A stretch of DNA of 63,101 nt, the filler included, from Collodictyon triciliatum (lineage: Eukaryota): NCBI GenBank assembly GCA_043381765.1. It is 6 parts of 6 records of this genome, joined end to end, with 100 filler letters (N's around TTAATTAATTAA, not from the genome) between each part and the next. Parts side by side here need not be neighbours in the genome. Positions count along the whole stretch, not along the records: positions 1 to 11,107 come from JBHJMP010002282.1; positions 11,208 to 23,112 come from JBHJMP010002283.1; 4 more parts are not named here. One strand, written 5' to 3'. The notes beneath the pieces were generated by a model. That model was not told where the DNA came from. It saw only the letters and a list, made by a program, of their open reading frames with translations, and ran no database searches. Each line of letters starts with the position of its first letter. The first letter of the stretch is position 1. Position numbers and translations under genes: made by a program. Below, in pieces: positions 1-16,139 of this stretch.

Positions 1-253
1 TCTTTCTTTCTTTTTTTCTTTCTTTCTTTCTTTTTTTCTTTCTTTCTTTCTTTCTTTCTTTCTTTCCTTTTTTTTTTCCCTTCTTTCTCTCTCTCTTTTT
101 TTTTTATGTCTACCACTGGCATCGGGGGCAGCCTCCTGTTTCCTTCTATCTTTCATGCCGATTTGCCCGTCCGTCCATCAACCCATGTATCTGTCCATCC
201 ATCTGCATCTCTGGATGACCGACCGACCCAGTCTCTAACTCAGCTTCCCCCAG

Positions 254-970
254 GCGCGTGTACTTTCACGTACCAACCCACGGCCGATGATCTCAGCTGC
301 ATCCTCTGTGCCCACGTCACTGTCTCGCATCCCACAAAGGCGGCTGTGACTGGCGAGGTCCAAGTCCCTAAAGAGCATTATACCATCGGTATGGTAACCT
401 GCCTCTGTGACTATGTGTGCAAATCGAGAAACCACACCCTTCCCAGTCCATTGCTTGTTCTATCGATGCATCCTTTAGAAAATTTGTAATTTACTTGTAA
501 CCTGCTCCCTTGTAATCACTATCTTGTTTACACATGACGTACCTCTAATAGACCCAACCGTGGCCAGTGAGGTTGAGCGCTGTGTCAAGTCCAAGGATGT
601 TTGTTGGGATGTTACCAGTGATGACTCTGCAGAGTTTCTCATATTGCGAGTCAATCTTCATTCTGTTCAGCTCTTCCTCAATCAGACTTCTATCTTTACA
701 GCCAACCACCTGCAAGATGTTCGGATACATATCGATCACTTCAACCCGTTTGGCTTTTATATCAAGATGGGTGCTCCAATCCCCCGCTCTATCTCTCTCC
801 TTGCGCAAACCCGTCTTCAAAGGGATATTATCATCCTAACCGTTCGGTCATATATTATACTGGACCAGGTAAGTTTTTTTTTTTAATCTCCTTTCCTCTT
901 CTCTCTAACTTATCTCGCGTCCAAAATGATATTGTTTCGCGCATAGGGTTCTTTCCTAATGATGATATAA
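254..970 (+). CDS. 3' part of a protein with an Ig-like (AIR9/SCAB-type) domain followed by a PH-like domain; 5' end outside window
   Basis: GT-AG exons 254-388, 552-868, 947-970 give ...GACTFTYQPTADDLSCILCAHV...YTI|DPTVASEVERCV...LLAQTRLQRDIIILTVRSY. The YxPtaDD motif, IDP linker and RDxIxLxxR helix recall the SCAB Ig-PH module. Last exon and TAA are tentative. Confidence 0.5.
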
Positions 971-1231
971 CTATTAGATGAGATCCACTGGCAACTTCAC
1001 TGCTGGAAGTACGCGATTAAGCATGAAGCCAAATTGACAACCCTTTGCAGCCCATATCTTATCTTATCTTTTCCTTTCCTTTCCTTTCCTTTTTTTCTTT
1101 TTAATATTTTCTTTAGCTGTTAGTCTTGAATATATAGTTTTCAGACAGCCATTGAATAAAAATTCATAATTATACTCATTCCTTCCACCTCTCGGCCAAC
1201 AAAAAAACAAAAAACAGAAAACAGCTACAAC

Positions 1232-1545
1232 TTAGTGAGATAATCACTCATTTAGTACAAGACTAAATTTGCAATCCTGTCTTGCGATTCTTGAATATCT
1301 TGACGAGCACACTCCAATCCACCTCACGTGTTGGCTATACTCTTGCTCGATGCTCAGCCTCCCGAAGGCTAGCCAGCTTGTCCATAAATCAGCCCTGCGA
1401 GTGTGTCCTCTTGGAGATTGAACAACCGGGACCAACTAGGCGGCGCACAGCATCGTTAGATGCCCTGCATTACAAAACCTTCGTCTGTCTACAACGATGC
1501 GCCGCCTTGCAAAAATGGCACAAGCCCTATCTTGGGCCTCACTAA
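1232..1545 (-). ncRNA. Candidate structured non-coding RNA of unknown family (~315 nt)
   Basis: Nested complementary segments 1232-1239/1538-1545, 1268-1274/1507-1513, 1308-1314/1399-1405, 1438-1457/1493-1507, plus hairpins at 1250-1268 and 1356-1370. T-runs follow on the minus strand. No convincing ORF. Strand inferred from G-U pairs and T-runs. Confidence 0.4.
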
Positions 1546-1817
1546 TTCCCTGTAAAGCTTTATGAAGAGAGCTGAAAACAGCATAGCCTGCTACGGAGTC
1601 AGATGCACGAACTGCAATACGTCGCTAAATTATTTTTTTTGAAAGGTTATGATTGCGCTCTGGAAGGGATTTGAAGCGAAGAAGCGAAAAAGCAAAATCC
1701 GGAGCATGTATTCCGCATTAGTAATTCAAATCTGGAAAATCGCTATGTGTCTGGATTTCTTATCTTGTGGAAAGTTCGGCATGATCGGGGTTTCTGTACT
1801 GTCAACAGCTTTTCGCA

Positions 1818-1917
1818 CAAAACAAAAAACAAAAAAACAAAAAACAAAAAACAAAAAACAAAAAACAAAAAACAAAAAACAAAAAACAAAAAACAAAAAA
1901 CAAAAAACAAAAAAAAA
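1818..1917. repeat. (AAAAAAC)n simple repeat next to a gap
   Basis: Tandem 7-mer visible directly. Confidence 0.9.
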
Positions 1918-2613
1918 NNNNNNNNNNNNNNNNNNNNNNNNNNNNNNNNNNNNNNNNNNNNNNNNNNNNNNNNNNNNNNNNNNNNNNNNNNNNNNNNNNN
2001 NNNNNNNNNNNNNNNNNNNNNNNNNNNNNNNNNNNNNNNNNNNNNNNNNNNNNNNNNNNNNNNNNNNNNNNNNNNNNNNNNNNNNNNNNNNNNNNNNNNN
2101 NNNNNNNNNNNNNNNNNNNNNNNNNNNNNNNNNNNNNNNNNNNNNNNNNNNNNNNNNNNNNNNNNNNNNNNNNNNNNNNNNNNNNNNNNNNNNNNNNNNN
2201 NNNNNNNNNNNNNNNNNNNNNNNNNNNNNNNNNNNNNNNNNNNNNNNNNNNNNNNNNNNNNNNNNNNNNNNNNNNNNNNNNNNNNNNNNNNNNNNNNNNN
2301 NNNNNNNNNNNNNNNNNNNNNNNNNNNNNNNNNNNNNNNNNNNNNNNNNNNNNNNNNNNNNNNNNNNNNNNNNNNNNNNNNNNNNNNNNNNNNNNNNNNN
2401 NNNNNNNNNNNNNNNNNNNNNNNNNNNNNNNNNNNNNNNNNNNNNNNNNNNNNNNNNNNNNNNNNNNNNNNNNNNNNNNNNNNNNNNNNNNNNNNNNNNN
2501 NNNNNNNNNNNNNNNNNNNNNNNNNNNNNNNNNNNNNNNNNNNNNNNNNNNNNNNNNNNNNNNNNNNNNNNNNNNNNNNNNNNNNNNNNNNNNNNNNNNN
2601 NNNNNNNNNNNNN

Positions 2614-2677
<64 letters not shown>

Positions 2678-2738
2678 AAAAAACAAAAAAAAAAAAAACA
2701 AAAAACCAACCAACCAACCAAACGACCCACAGACACCG

Positions 2739-3990
2739 ATGCAGAGCAACCACAGCCCCCAACCCGCCGCACCGGGCCTGCCGTCCACGCCGCCACTGCG
2801 CTTCATCCTCGCCGCACAGGCCGCCCTGACCGCGTGCGCCTCGGCAGCAAACAGCAAAGCCCTCGCCTCGCAGACGCAGCGGGCGTTCGAAGCATGCAGC
2901 GAGGCCGACCGAGACTACGCGCTGAGCCTGCCGCTCCGCTGGCCCGTCCCGCCCACCACGCGCGACCTGGCCGAGTGCGTCGACGCAGACCGCGGCTGCC
3001 CGCTGCTCTTCCAGCTGCTTGCACAGCGCCACTTCGACCTGGCGCGCTGGCTCGTTGCCCGCGGCGCGGACGCAAACGCAAAGACCGCCGACGGCCGCCC
3101 TCTGCTCATGGCGCTCATCACCGCAGCCGCCCGCAAGTCTCCGCCCCACCGCCTGCCGGCATCAGACTCCGAGGACCACGCGGCCCCGCTGGCTGCTGAT
3201 GGCGAAGGAAATCGTGGCGAGAACGGACGCCATACTGATGCTGATGCTGATATTGATGCTGATATTGATGCAGATGCAGACGCTGATGCTGATGCTGATG
3301 ACGGTCGGGTAGCAGAGGAAACCGATGAGGCAGACGATGATCTCGACATGGTCGGGCGCAACGGATACATGTCCTTGTCTGGCAATCGCTCAAAGTCGTT
3401 TGCAAATCCCTTTACAATCAAAAACACAAATGTCTTCAAGAGACCCTCGCTCCCTGGCGGTGGGATGGTCTCCATGGATGCCCCGTCCTCATGGAAATCG
3501 TGGCCCATAAAGCTCAAGAAGGTGGAATGGAGTGCCCAGGCGGACGCCTACTCAGATATGGGTACTCAGCATGTTATGTGTGATGACACAGCTTTATCTT
3601 CTATTCTTTTTCTTCTTGCTCTTACTCTTGCTCTTGTTCTTGCTCTTGCTCTTGCTCTTGTTCTTGTTCTTGTTCTTGTTCTTGTTCTTGTTCTTGTTCT
3701 TGTTCTTGTTCTTGTTCTTGTTCTTGTTCTTGTTCTTGTTCTTGTTCTTGTTCTTTTTATCCCAGCTGTTTTTCAATGGCCTATCCACTATTTTCTTGTT
3801 CTTTTTTTTTTCATCCACTCTCTCGTTGTTACTATAAGTATAAAGTTCGTTCAGGCAATACTGTATATTAATGTCTTATTTTTTTTTTATAAAAAATATA
3901 TATTCCTTATATATTAAATAAATTACTGCTTTTCTGTCTTATTTGAATAATACATAAACTCAAATGAAATAATTATATTATCATTATCAC

Positions 3991-4050
<60 letters not shown>

Positions 4051-5160
4051 AATATTTATGATGTGTATGCATATACTTACCAACACGCACGGCATGTAGT
4101 AAAATATCTCCTGGAACATGGTGCCTCTCCAAACGCGACTGATGCAGACGGAACGACATTGTTATCGGCAGCTTGCAAGATTGGACACATAGGTATTGTA
4201 TACGCACTGCTGCTCGACCATGGTGCAGACCCTCACTTGGAAAATAGAAATGGACAATCAGTGAGTATTGAACACCACATGTACAGCTACACTAGATCAT
4301 CCCATTCTATTTTCCTTTTTTTTTTCCTTTTTCTTTTTTCTCATGTACTCGCTTTCGCTCTGTCGCAGTTGCAGAATCGTCATCTCCCCTTAACATATTT
4401 ACCCTACCTAGTCATACAACTAATCTACTTTACCACAAAGCCACTCCACATCGCCGCGTCAAGGGGGAATATCCCAATAATGGAAATGTTGCTCTCTAAA
4501 AAAGTGTTACTAGACCACACAGACCATGAAGGGAAAACACCTCTCATGGAAGCCTGCCTTTCAAATCAAATCGGGGCAGTAAAGATCCTTATACTGAAGG
4601 GGGCAAACGTGAAGGCACAGAGTCAAATCGGAATGGTGAGAATTCGAAGCAAAATCACGTGTCTCAATCGTATTATGTAGTATTCATACAAACATAAAGA
4701 GAAAATAATGCAAGTAAACGGAAACAAACATCTTAATTTTACTCTAAACAAATTATCTGAAAGGAAGAAAAAACGACTACAAAAAAAATAAATAATAAAT
4801 ATCCCGTCAAATGACAGACGTTTGGTCCACTCACTTGTTACAATTGCATAGACACCGCTACACTATGCAGTTGTCCATGGTAATATGGAGTTGGTGGTTG
4901 CCCTGGTTGAAAACGATGCCGATGTTAACCAAACAAACGCAGCCAATAAAACAGCCCATGATCTGGCATTGGAGCGCAACGAAACAGAGATAGCCAGCTT
5001 CTTATCCATTTACTCCTCTGGTATATACTCAACCGATGCTCCAGAAAAGAAATCAACAAAAGAAGTTCCAAAAAGCTCCCCCAAATTCATTTCCAGCGAG
5101 TCGTTTGACTCAGAGGGAGAACAAATGGGAAAGGACAAAAAGCCTTGCATCATTTCGTGA
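2739..5160 (+). CDS. Ankyrin-repeat protein, 4 exons
   Basis: Exons 2739-3561, 4100-4260, 4441-4635, 4852-5160 splice in frame: DM|VKYLLEHGASPNATDADGTTLL, PLHIAASRGN, GKTPLMEA, TPLHYAVVHGN. Ends in TGA. Confidence 0.9.
3655..3752. repeat. Intronic (CTTGTT)n microsatellite
   Basis: Tandem hexamer in ankyrin gene intron 1. Confidence 0.9.
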
Positions 5161-6015
5161 GACAGATTCATTTGAAACATTCACCCTTTCATTACAAGAA
5201 AACTATCCCTCTATTTCCAACCAAAGTCAACATCTCCACCATCCTGCACAAAATTGAAAGGAAGAATAAAAAAAAAACTATATTTCCAAATAAATAAAAC
5301 AATTATCATCACCTTCATCTTACTCAAAAGAAGTGCCAATTTGTTGGCTAGTGTACTGGGTAGAAATACTATGCATGAATTATTCTCTTAATTATTATTA
5401 TTATTTATCCTTTCCTCCTCCTCCTCCCCCTTCACCTCCTCGGCTCAATGCCAAAGGTGTGAAAAAGAAAAGTATATTGTGATTATTATATTAAAGTGAA
5501 CAAAATCCTTCAATTTGAGTATTTTGAGAAACAATTTAAGTTTATAACCGTAGACAACAAATACATAATCGATCTATCAGAATCAAACAATTATGAGTTT
5601 GCGGCATATATCCCATTACCATTCGTTTTCTTCTTTTTTTTTCCCCCTCAGCAAGCATTACATCCTTACATATTTACCGTACAGGGCTTAGAAAAAAAAA
5701 ATCAAAGAATGGAAGAAGCGACTGATACAAGTATTGCTCATACCTATATATGTGGTTCACGCAAATGTTATCCACACGCCCCCCAACATATATATAAAAA
5801 AAAAAGTGTATAAATGGCAAATGTAAAATGATGTGTGATGACAGGACAATCTCCTGTATCCGCCCGAGTAACATTTTTGCTTCTTTTCCCTCACTTGATT
5901 GCACTCTATTTTACTTCATATTCCCATCAGCTAAGGATGGAAATATGGAAACCAGGGAACACCCATGGAGTTCTTGCTTTCATAACATCCGATACTAAAC
6001 ATTATTGCCACTTAT

Positions 6016-10641
<4,626 letters not shown>

Positions 10642-11107
10642 AGACTTGTCACCTGGACTAAGTGCAGCTATAATTCAGGTCAATACAGCCGACTCCCCTG
10701 TGAGTGTTTCAACTTCAGAATGTTTTTTTCTCATGTGACTCATTCTCCCCGATGTACTTTTCGATTGCCTGGATCGTGGTTTTTGTTGTACTATTTCATA
10801 TGTGTTAACTCATTTCTTCTTATTTTATTGCACACTGCCATTGTTATTTTCGAGTCACCCACGAAAATAAAATAAAAAAGGCTGCTTCAATTTCTTCGTG
10901 CGAGGCGAAGGAGCCATGACGTATGTGGCAAGCAGAAACTTTGTGGGGACAAGGGATAAGCACAAAAGGATAGGGAAAAAAGAAAAAGGATAAGGAAAAA
11001 AGAAAAAAGAAAAGAAAAAAGAAAAAAGAAAAAAGAAAAAAGAAAAAAGAAAAGAAAAAAGAAAAAAGAAAAAAGAAAAAAGAAAAGAAAAAAGAAAAGA
11101 AAAAGAA

Positions 11108-11207
11108 NNNNNNNNNNNNNNNNNNNNNNNNNNNNNNNNNNNNNNNNNNNNTTAATTAATTAANNNNNNNNNNNNNNNNNNNNNNNNNNNNNNNNNNNNN
11201 NNNNNNN
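11108..11207. other. Artificial scaffold spacer (44N-TTAATTAATTAA-44N); same spacer at 23113-23212, 35120-35219, 47128-47227, 56321-56420
   Basis: Five identical 100-nt spacers with a six-frame stop linker. Several adjacent genes are truncated at them. Confidence 0.97.
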
Positions 11208-11400
11208 GAAAAAAAGAAAAAAAGAAAAAAAGAAAAAAAGAAAAAAAGAAAAAAAGAAAAAAAGAAAAAAAGAAAAAAAGAAAAAAAGAAAAAAAGAAAA
11301 AAAAGGATGGAAATTAAAAGGAAAAGCTTTGCGACTTGTTTATCTAGCACCCGGCTTGGGCTGGGACTGTTGTAATCATCCGCCTAGACTCACCACTAAT

Positions 11401-14400
11401 ATGCACAGAACAAAGAAGATGGTGCGAGTACACCTTTTGGACTACGGCGCCGGAAATGTGAGAAGTGTTATCAACGCCATCCGCAGTCTTGGCCACGGTC
11501 AGCAACTTACTCTTTTCTTCTGAAATGTGCTGTCGTGAAATTACCGCACCAGACATAATCGACTATGCTTTGCTTCTCACTCCAACATGATTCACTTTGC
11601 TCTTCACTTGCTTCCTACTTCATTATCCACAATATCGAACATCACAAGTGCCCTATAGCATCCTCTTTCCCCCTCATTTGAGTCACAATACAAATCGAAT
11701 GATTGCCCTTGTTATTATTTCTATTTCTATTTCTATTTCTATTTCTATTTCTATTTCTATTTCTATTTCTATTTCTATTTCTATTTTTATCATCATTATT
11801 ATTTATTGCTATTTCTATATTTATTGTAATTAGCTTGATTTCATTTTAAGGCGCAATCAAAAGCAAGTTTTCTTTTTGTATCTTTTACATGCTTTTTCGT
11901 TGATCCTGACATATACCACACCTTTTCCTGACACACAAAAGAAATACCAACTTATGCTCTCATTTCACACAGACGTGGTAGTGATTGATAAGCCGGAGGA
12001 GATTGCTGATGCCGAGAGACTGGTTTTTCCTGGTGTAGGAAACTTTGGAAGTGCTATCACGCGATTGAGAGATAGAGTATGTATCTTATGACAATTGTTT
12101 TCACATAATTCTTAAGCCCAAAAAACACATCATTCTTTTTCTTTTTGCCTGAAAGTATTTGCCATGGTTATGCTCTCCCACTGTAGGGATATATAGCGCC
12201 ACTTTTGGAGTATATCGAAAGCAATAGACCATTCCTTGGAATATGCCTTGGAATGCAGGTATTTCTCTTTGATATTCGATTATACTAATGATTTTTCCAA
12301 TATCTTAATTAATATTACGCGGACGAAAAATAGGATTGACATAGCATATTCCGATGAAATTATTTTTTTCAATTTTGTAATAATTTGTGTATCAAGCTTC
12401 ACACTTACCTGATCTACGTAAACAGACTCTATTCGAGAGTAGTGAAGAATTCCAAGGTATCCCCGGCTTGGGCATTTTCCCTGGGAAAGTGGTTCGCTTT
12501 CAACCTTCTGAAAGTAACAGGCATGTTTCATATCTATCATTATTTGATATCCACAACAAAATGCTTTGCATTTAACAAAGGAGAGACCATTCGGAGTAGC
12601 TTTCTTTGATCCATAGTTATTCGTTCTAAAAATAATAACACATATTTGGAGCATATTCAATTGAGTGATTTTTATACTGACCTTGTCTCTTCCTTGACTA
12701 CCACTCTTTGGTATACCCGTAGAATTGCTGTTCCTCACATGGGATGGAATGGCATCACGTACAGAAAAACGGGCGTTTTTGAGGAGAAAGTTATTACCGA
12801 ATCAAAGGTTCAAAAAATCGAAAAAATTCTGAGTAAAGTCAACGAATATGAACACCATCCCAAACAGAAATCTACATAAGATGTATGAAATAACACTTGC
12901 GCGAAAAATAGGAAAAAGATCTGTACTTTGTGCATTCCTACTACGCTCAAATAGAAGAAGCAAACAAACCCTACATACTAACAACAACAGATTACGGAGA
13001 TTTCAAGTACCGGATTCTCATACCAAAAAAAAAATACACACATTGATACACTCATTATAAAATCCATTATATATCGCCAAGAATTATGGATACCCTAGAT
13101 GCGCGCATACTGTACAAACCACAGTATCTTTTATATGAATACAATTTGTGTGTGAAATAACATAAAAATATATTGAGCAGGTTCATTAGTTCTGTTCAAA
13201 GGGGACGAATTGTAGCGATGCAGTTCCATCCAGAGAAAAGCGGGCTTGTGGGACTTTCGCTGCTTGATGCATTTCTCAATATTCCCATTACTGACCCTAT
13301 CCCACAATCAATCCCATTTGATGGTATGTTTATGAGCGGGCAACAAAACAGTTTCTCAAACATCCTCGTGGTTGTTTTATTAATCAATGTTATTTTCCAC
13401 CATATAAATAAGTATAAAACATGTAAATAGGCACGGAGGACAAAACCACACAGTTTTGCAAAAGAATTATCGCTTGTTTGGATGTAAGGTCTAATGATTC
13501 TGGCGAGCTTGTTGTTACCAAGGGCGACCAATATGACGTCCGTGAAAAGAGTGGCAAGGTATTTTCATATTCACTTTTCCTGATTAAAAACTAAGAATAA
13601 AATGAGTTGCATAAGTTCTCTGAATTCGAGATTGTTCCTATAAAACAAAGTATAGTATATCCCTTACAGATGTCAAAATGTCTAGACTAACCTTTGAAGG
13701 TTACACATCTATAGGGGGATGTTCGTAATTTAGGAGACCCAACAGAGATGTCTCAGCGATATTACGAAGAAGGCTCGGATGAGATTACATTTTTGAACAT
13801 CACCAGCTTTCGAAACAACCCGCTTGAAGTACTTACTTCAAAACAAATATCCAACACCGATGAGTTATTTATGCAACTTAAATTATAATGCATAGAATAT
13901 TGCTTAACTTTGTCTATTTTCTTCTTTTATCTTTTCTAAAAAAGAAAAAAAGAAAAAAAGAAAAAAAAGAAGACAATAGCAGACCTTCTTTCAAACAAGA
14001 TCTTGAAATATTTGCTGTGCAATTCATCAGTTTCCTTACCCTATATCTTTCTTCTTCCTATGCAGGACTCCCCGACCCTGGAATTGCTAAAGCGAACATC
14101 AGAAAGAGTTTTTGTTCCTTTGACAATCGGCGGCGGTATTAGAGGCTACACGGACTCTAATGGAAAGTAAGAATAGTATATGCTAGCTGACATAACATTT
14201 GTATTTTCTAAGTAAATCTTTAGAAATTTTTTTCCCTAACGCTGTTATTTCCTGCCAGGCTATATTCAGCCCTGGACGTAGCCTCCGAATACTTTCGATA
14301 GGGTGCTGATAAAATCTCAATAGGAAGTGATGCTGTTATTGCTGCTGAGGTGGCTGTTTCTACTATTTTAAGCATGTGTACCAGGAACCATAGAATTTCC

Positions 14401-15754
14401 CCTATGAATGGATATCACAAAGACTGAATAGCCTTACTTAAGGGACGTACCAAACAAATATAATTATCTAACCATATGCATAACAGGAGTACTATGCAAA
14501 CGAGAAACAGCTCAGAGGCACCACAGCTATCGAACAAATATCGCGAGTGTACGGAAATCAGGTACGTATCACAATTCTTGTACTCAGGGCGCGACCAAAG
14601 TTATTGAATCAATGAGATAACCACTTTTTTTTAAAAAATAAAATAAAATCACTCTCCCATAAAATACTACTAATGATGTATTCAACGTGGCATTTATTAT
14701 CCAAAGGCTGTTGTTGTCTCTGTTGACCCGAGGCGTGTTTATGTGAGCGAACCGTCTGAAACAAAAAATCATACCATCCAAACAGCTCGACCGGGGCCAA
14801 ATGGAGAAAAGTACTGCTGGTATCAGGTTCGCATGGAACTCGTAGTTTTCATGATTTTAATGAAAAGGCGAGGCACCTAACCATACCGACGCATAATCAG
14901 TGTACCATCAAAGGAGGAAGGGAAGGGCGAGACATTGGAGCTTATGAACTTGTCCAAGTGAAGCACTTTAGATTCTTCTCTTTCTTTCCTTTATTTTCTT
15001 CTGCTTATACAACCATGTCTCTTGACTGATTTTTTTTTTTTGCCTATTTATGGTGTACTACTTAAATGCGATTGTCCAGGCATGTGAGGCTATGGGTGCT
15101 GGAGAAATCCTACTGAACTGCATGGATATGGATGGGCAAAACCAGGTATGGGTATTCCTGTCTGGTATATGCATTTGCCAACTTTGTTGTCTTTGTTGAT
15201 TGAAACCTCACAACCTCCAGTCAAGTTCAGAGAATTTTAATGTATGTGAGTGTTCGATGAATTCAGTTGCTGACTCGCATTTTCATCCACGCAGGGATAC
15301 GATTTGGAATTGATTGCTGATGTCAAGAGTGCCGTCACCATACCTGTCATCGCTTCTTCTGGTGCCTGGCGGCCTGTCCACTTCAGTGACGTTTTCAAAA
15401 GGTGCGTCCCATGGAATGACACAAAATAACCACAATTCTCTGTATATTTTCCACAGAACGATGCCTAGCGAAGGTTAAGTTTCCTTTTTTTTTTTTTTGC
15501 CTACAAATATCGATATATTTGTTGTTGTTATTGTTATTTTTTTATATTATTGTTATTGTTATTTAAAAAAAAAGTGAGGATTTAACCTTGGATGAGTCCC
15601 GTTCATTTATACCAATTCCAACGCTGAACAAACCTCATGCAGCACGGATGTGGAAGCTGCGCTCGCTGCAGGCATTTTCCATCGCCGTCAAGTGACTATT
15701 GCTGAGGTCAAAGCACACGTCCTTGAATTGGGTATTCCGGTCCGAAGAATCTAA
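11401..15754 (+). CDS. HIS7: Bifunctional imidazole glycerol phosphate synthase (glutaminase HisH + cyclase HisF) with an in-frame TAG at 14299-14301; possible young pseudogene, recoded gene or base error
   Basis: Spliced exons give [114 protein letters not shown]. Terminal TAA 15752-15754. Start ATG 11401 or 11419. Confidence 0.95.
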
Positions 15755-16066
15755 TGGCACAACACATTAAAATCTGGCGACACCACGAGCAATAAATCAA
15801 CATAACCAGAATCCCAGTGATAATCTGATTTAGACTAGTATCTTCAGGCAGATGTAAATCATAATGTTTAGATTATCATTGTTTCCTATAGTATTCTCTT
15901 ACATGGAATATCATGTTCAATATTGTCATACAATACCTCTTCTAATGCCTATTCTAATGCACATACCTATCACTATTCTGACAACGCTGGATTTCGTCCG
16001 GCTCCAAAAAGAAAAAACTCTCATTATTAGTATCATAAGAGTTAGACTTTCCCCTCACAATAAGAA

Positions 16067-16139
16067 GCTTCGATGGCTCAGTTGGTAGAGCGTGGGTCTC
16101 ATAATCCCAAGGTCGTGAGTTCGATCCTCACTCGGAGCA
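16067..16139 (+). tRNA. tRNA-Met(CAT), elongator type
   Basis: Acceptor stem GCTTCGA/TCGGAGC, D-arm GCTC-AGTTGGTA-GAGC, anticodon loop CT-CAT-AA with T31:T39, T-arm GTGAG-TTCGATC-CTCAC. G1-C72 and TTCG T-loop argue against initiator. TTTTT Pol III terminator follows at 16140. Confidence 0.95.

Noticed and set aside
1272-1320. Plus-strand peptide QSCLAILEYLDEH resembling a GST N-terminal motif
   Set aside because: No start codon, splice context or other GST motifs; probably chance within the structured element.
1649-3199. Long ORFs in the track crossing N gaps or microsatellites (also 20722-21628, 26213-26836, 35164-35361, 41146-41847, 44966-45681)
   Set aside because: They are open only because of Ns or stop-free simple repeats.
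16067-16139. tRNA next to HisHF as an amber suppressor
   Set aside because: The anticodon is CAT (Met), not CTA.
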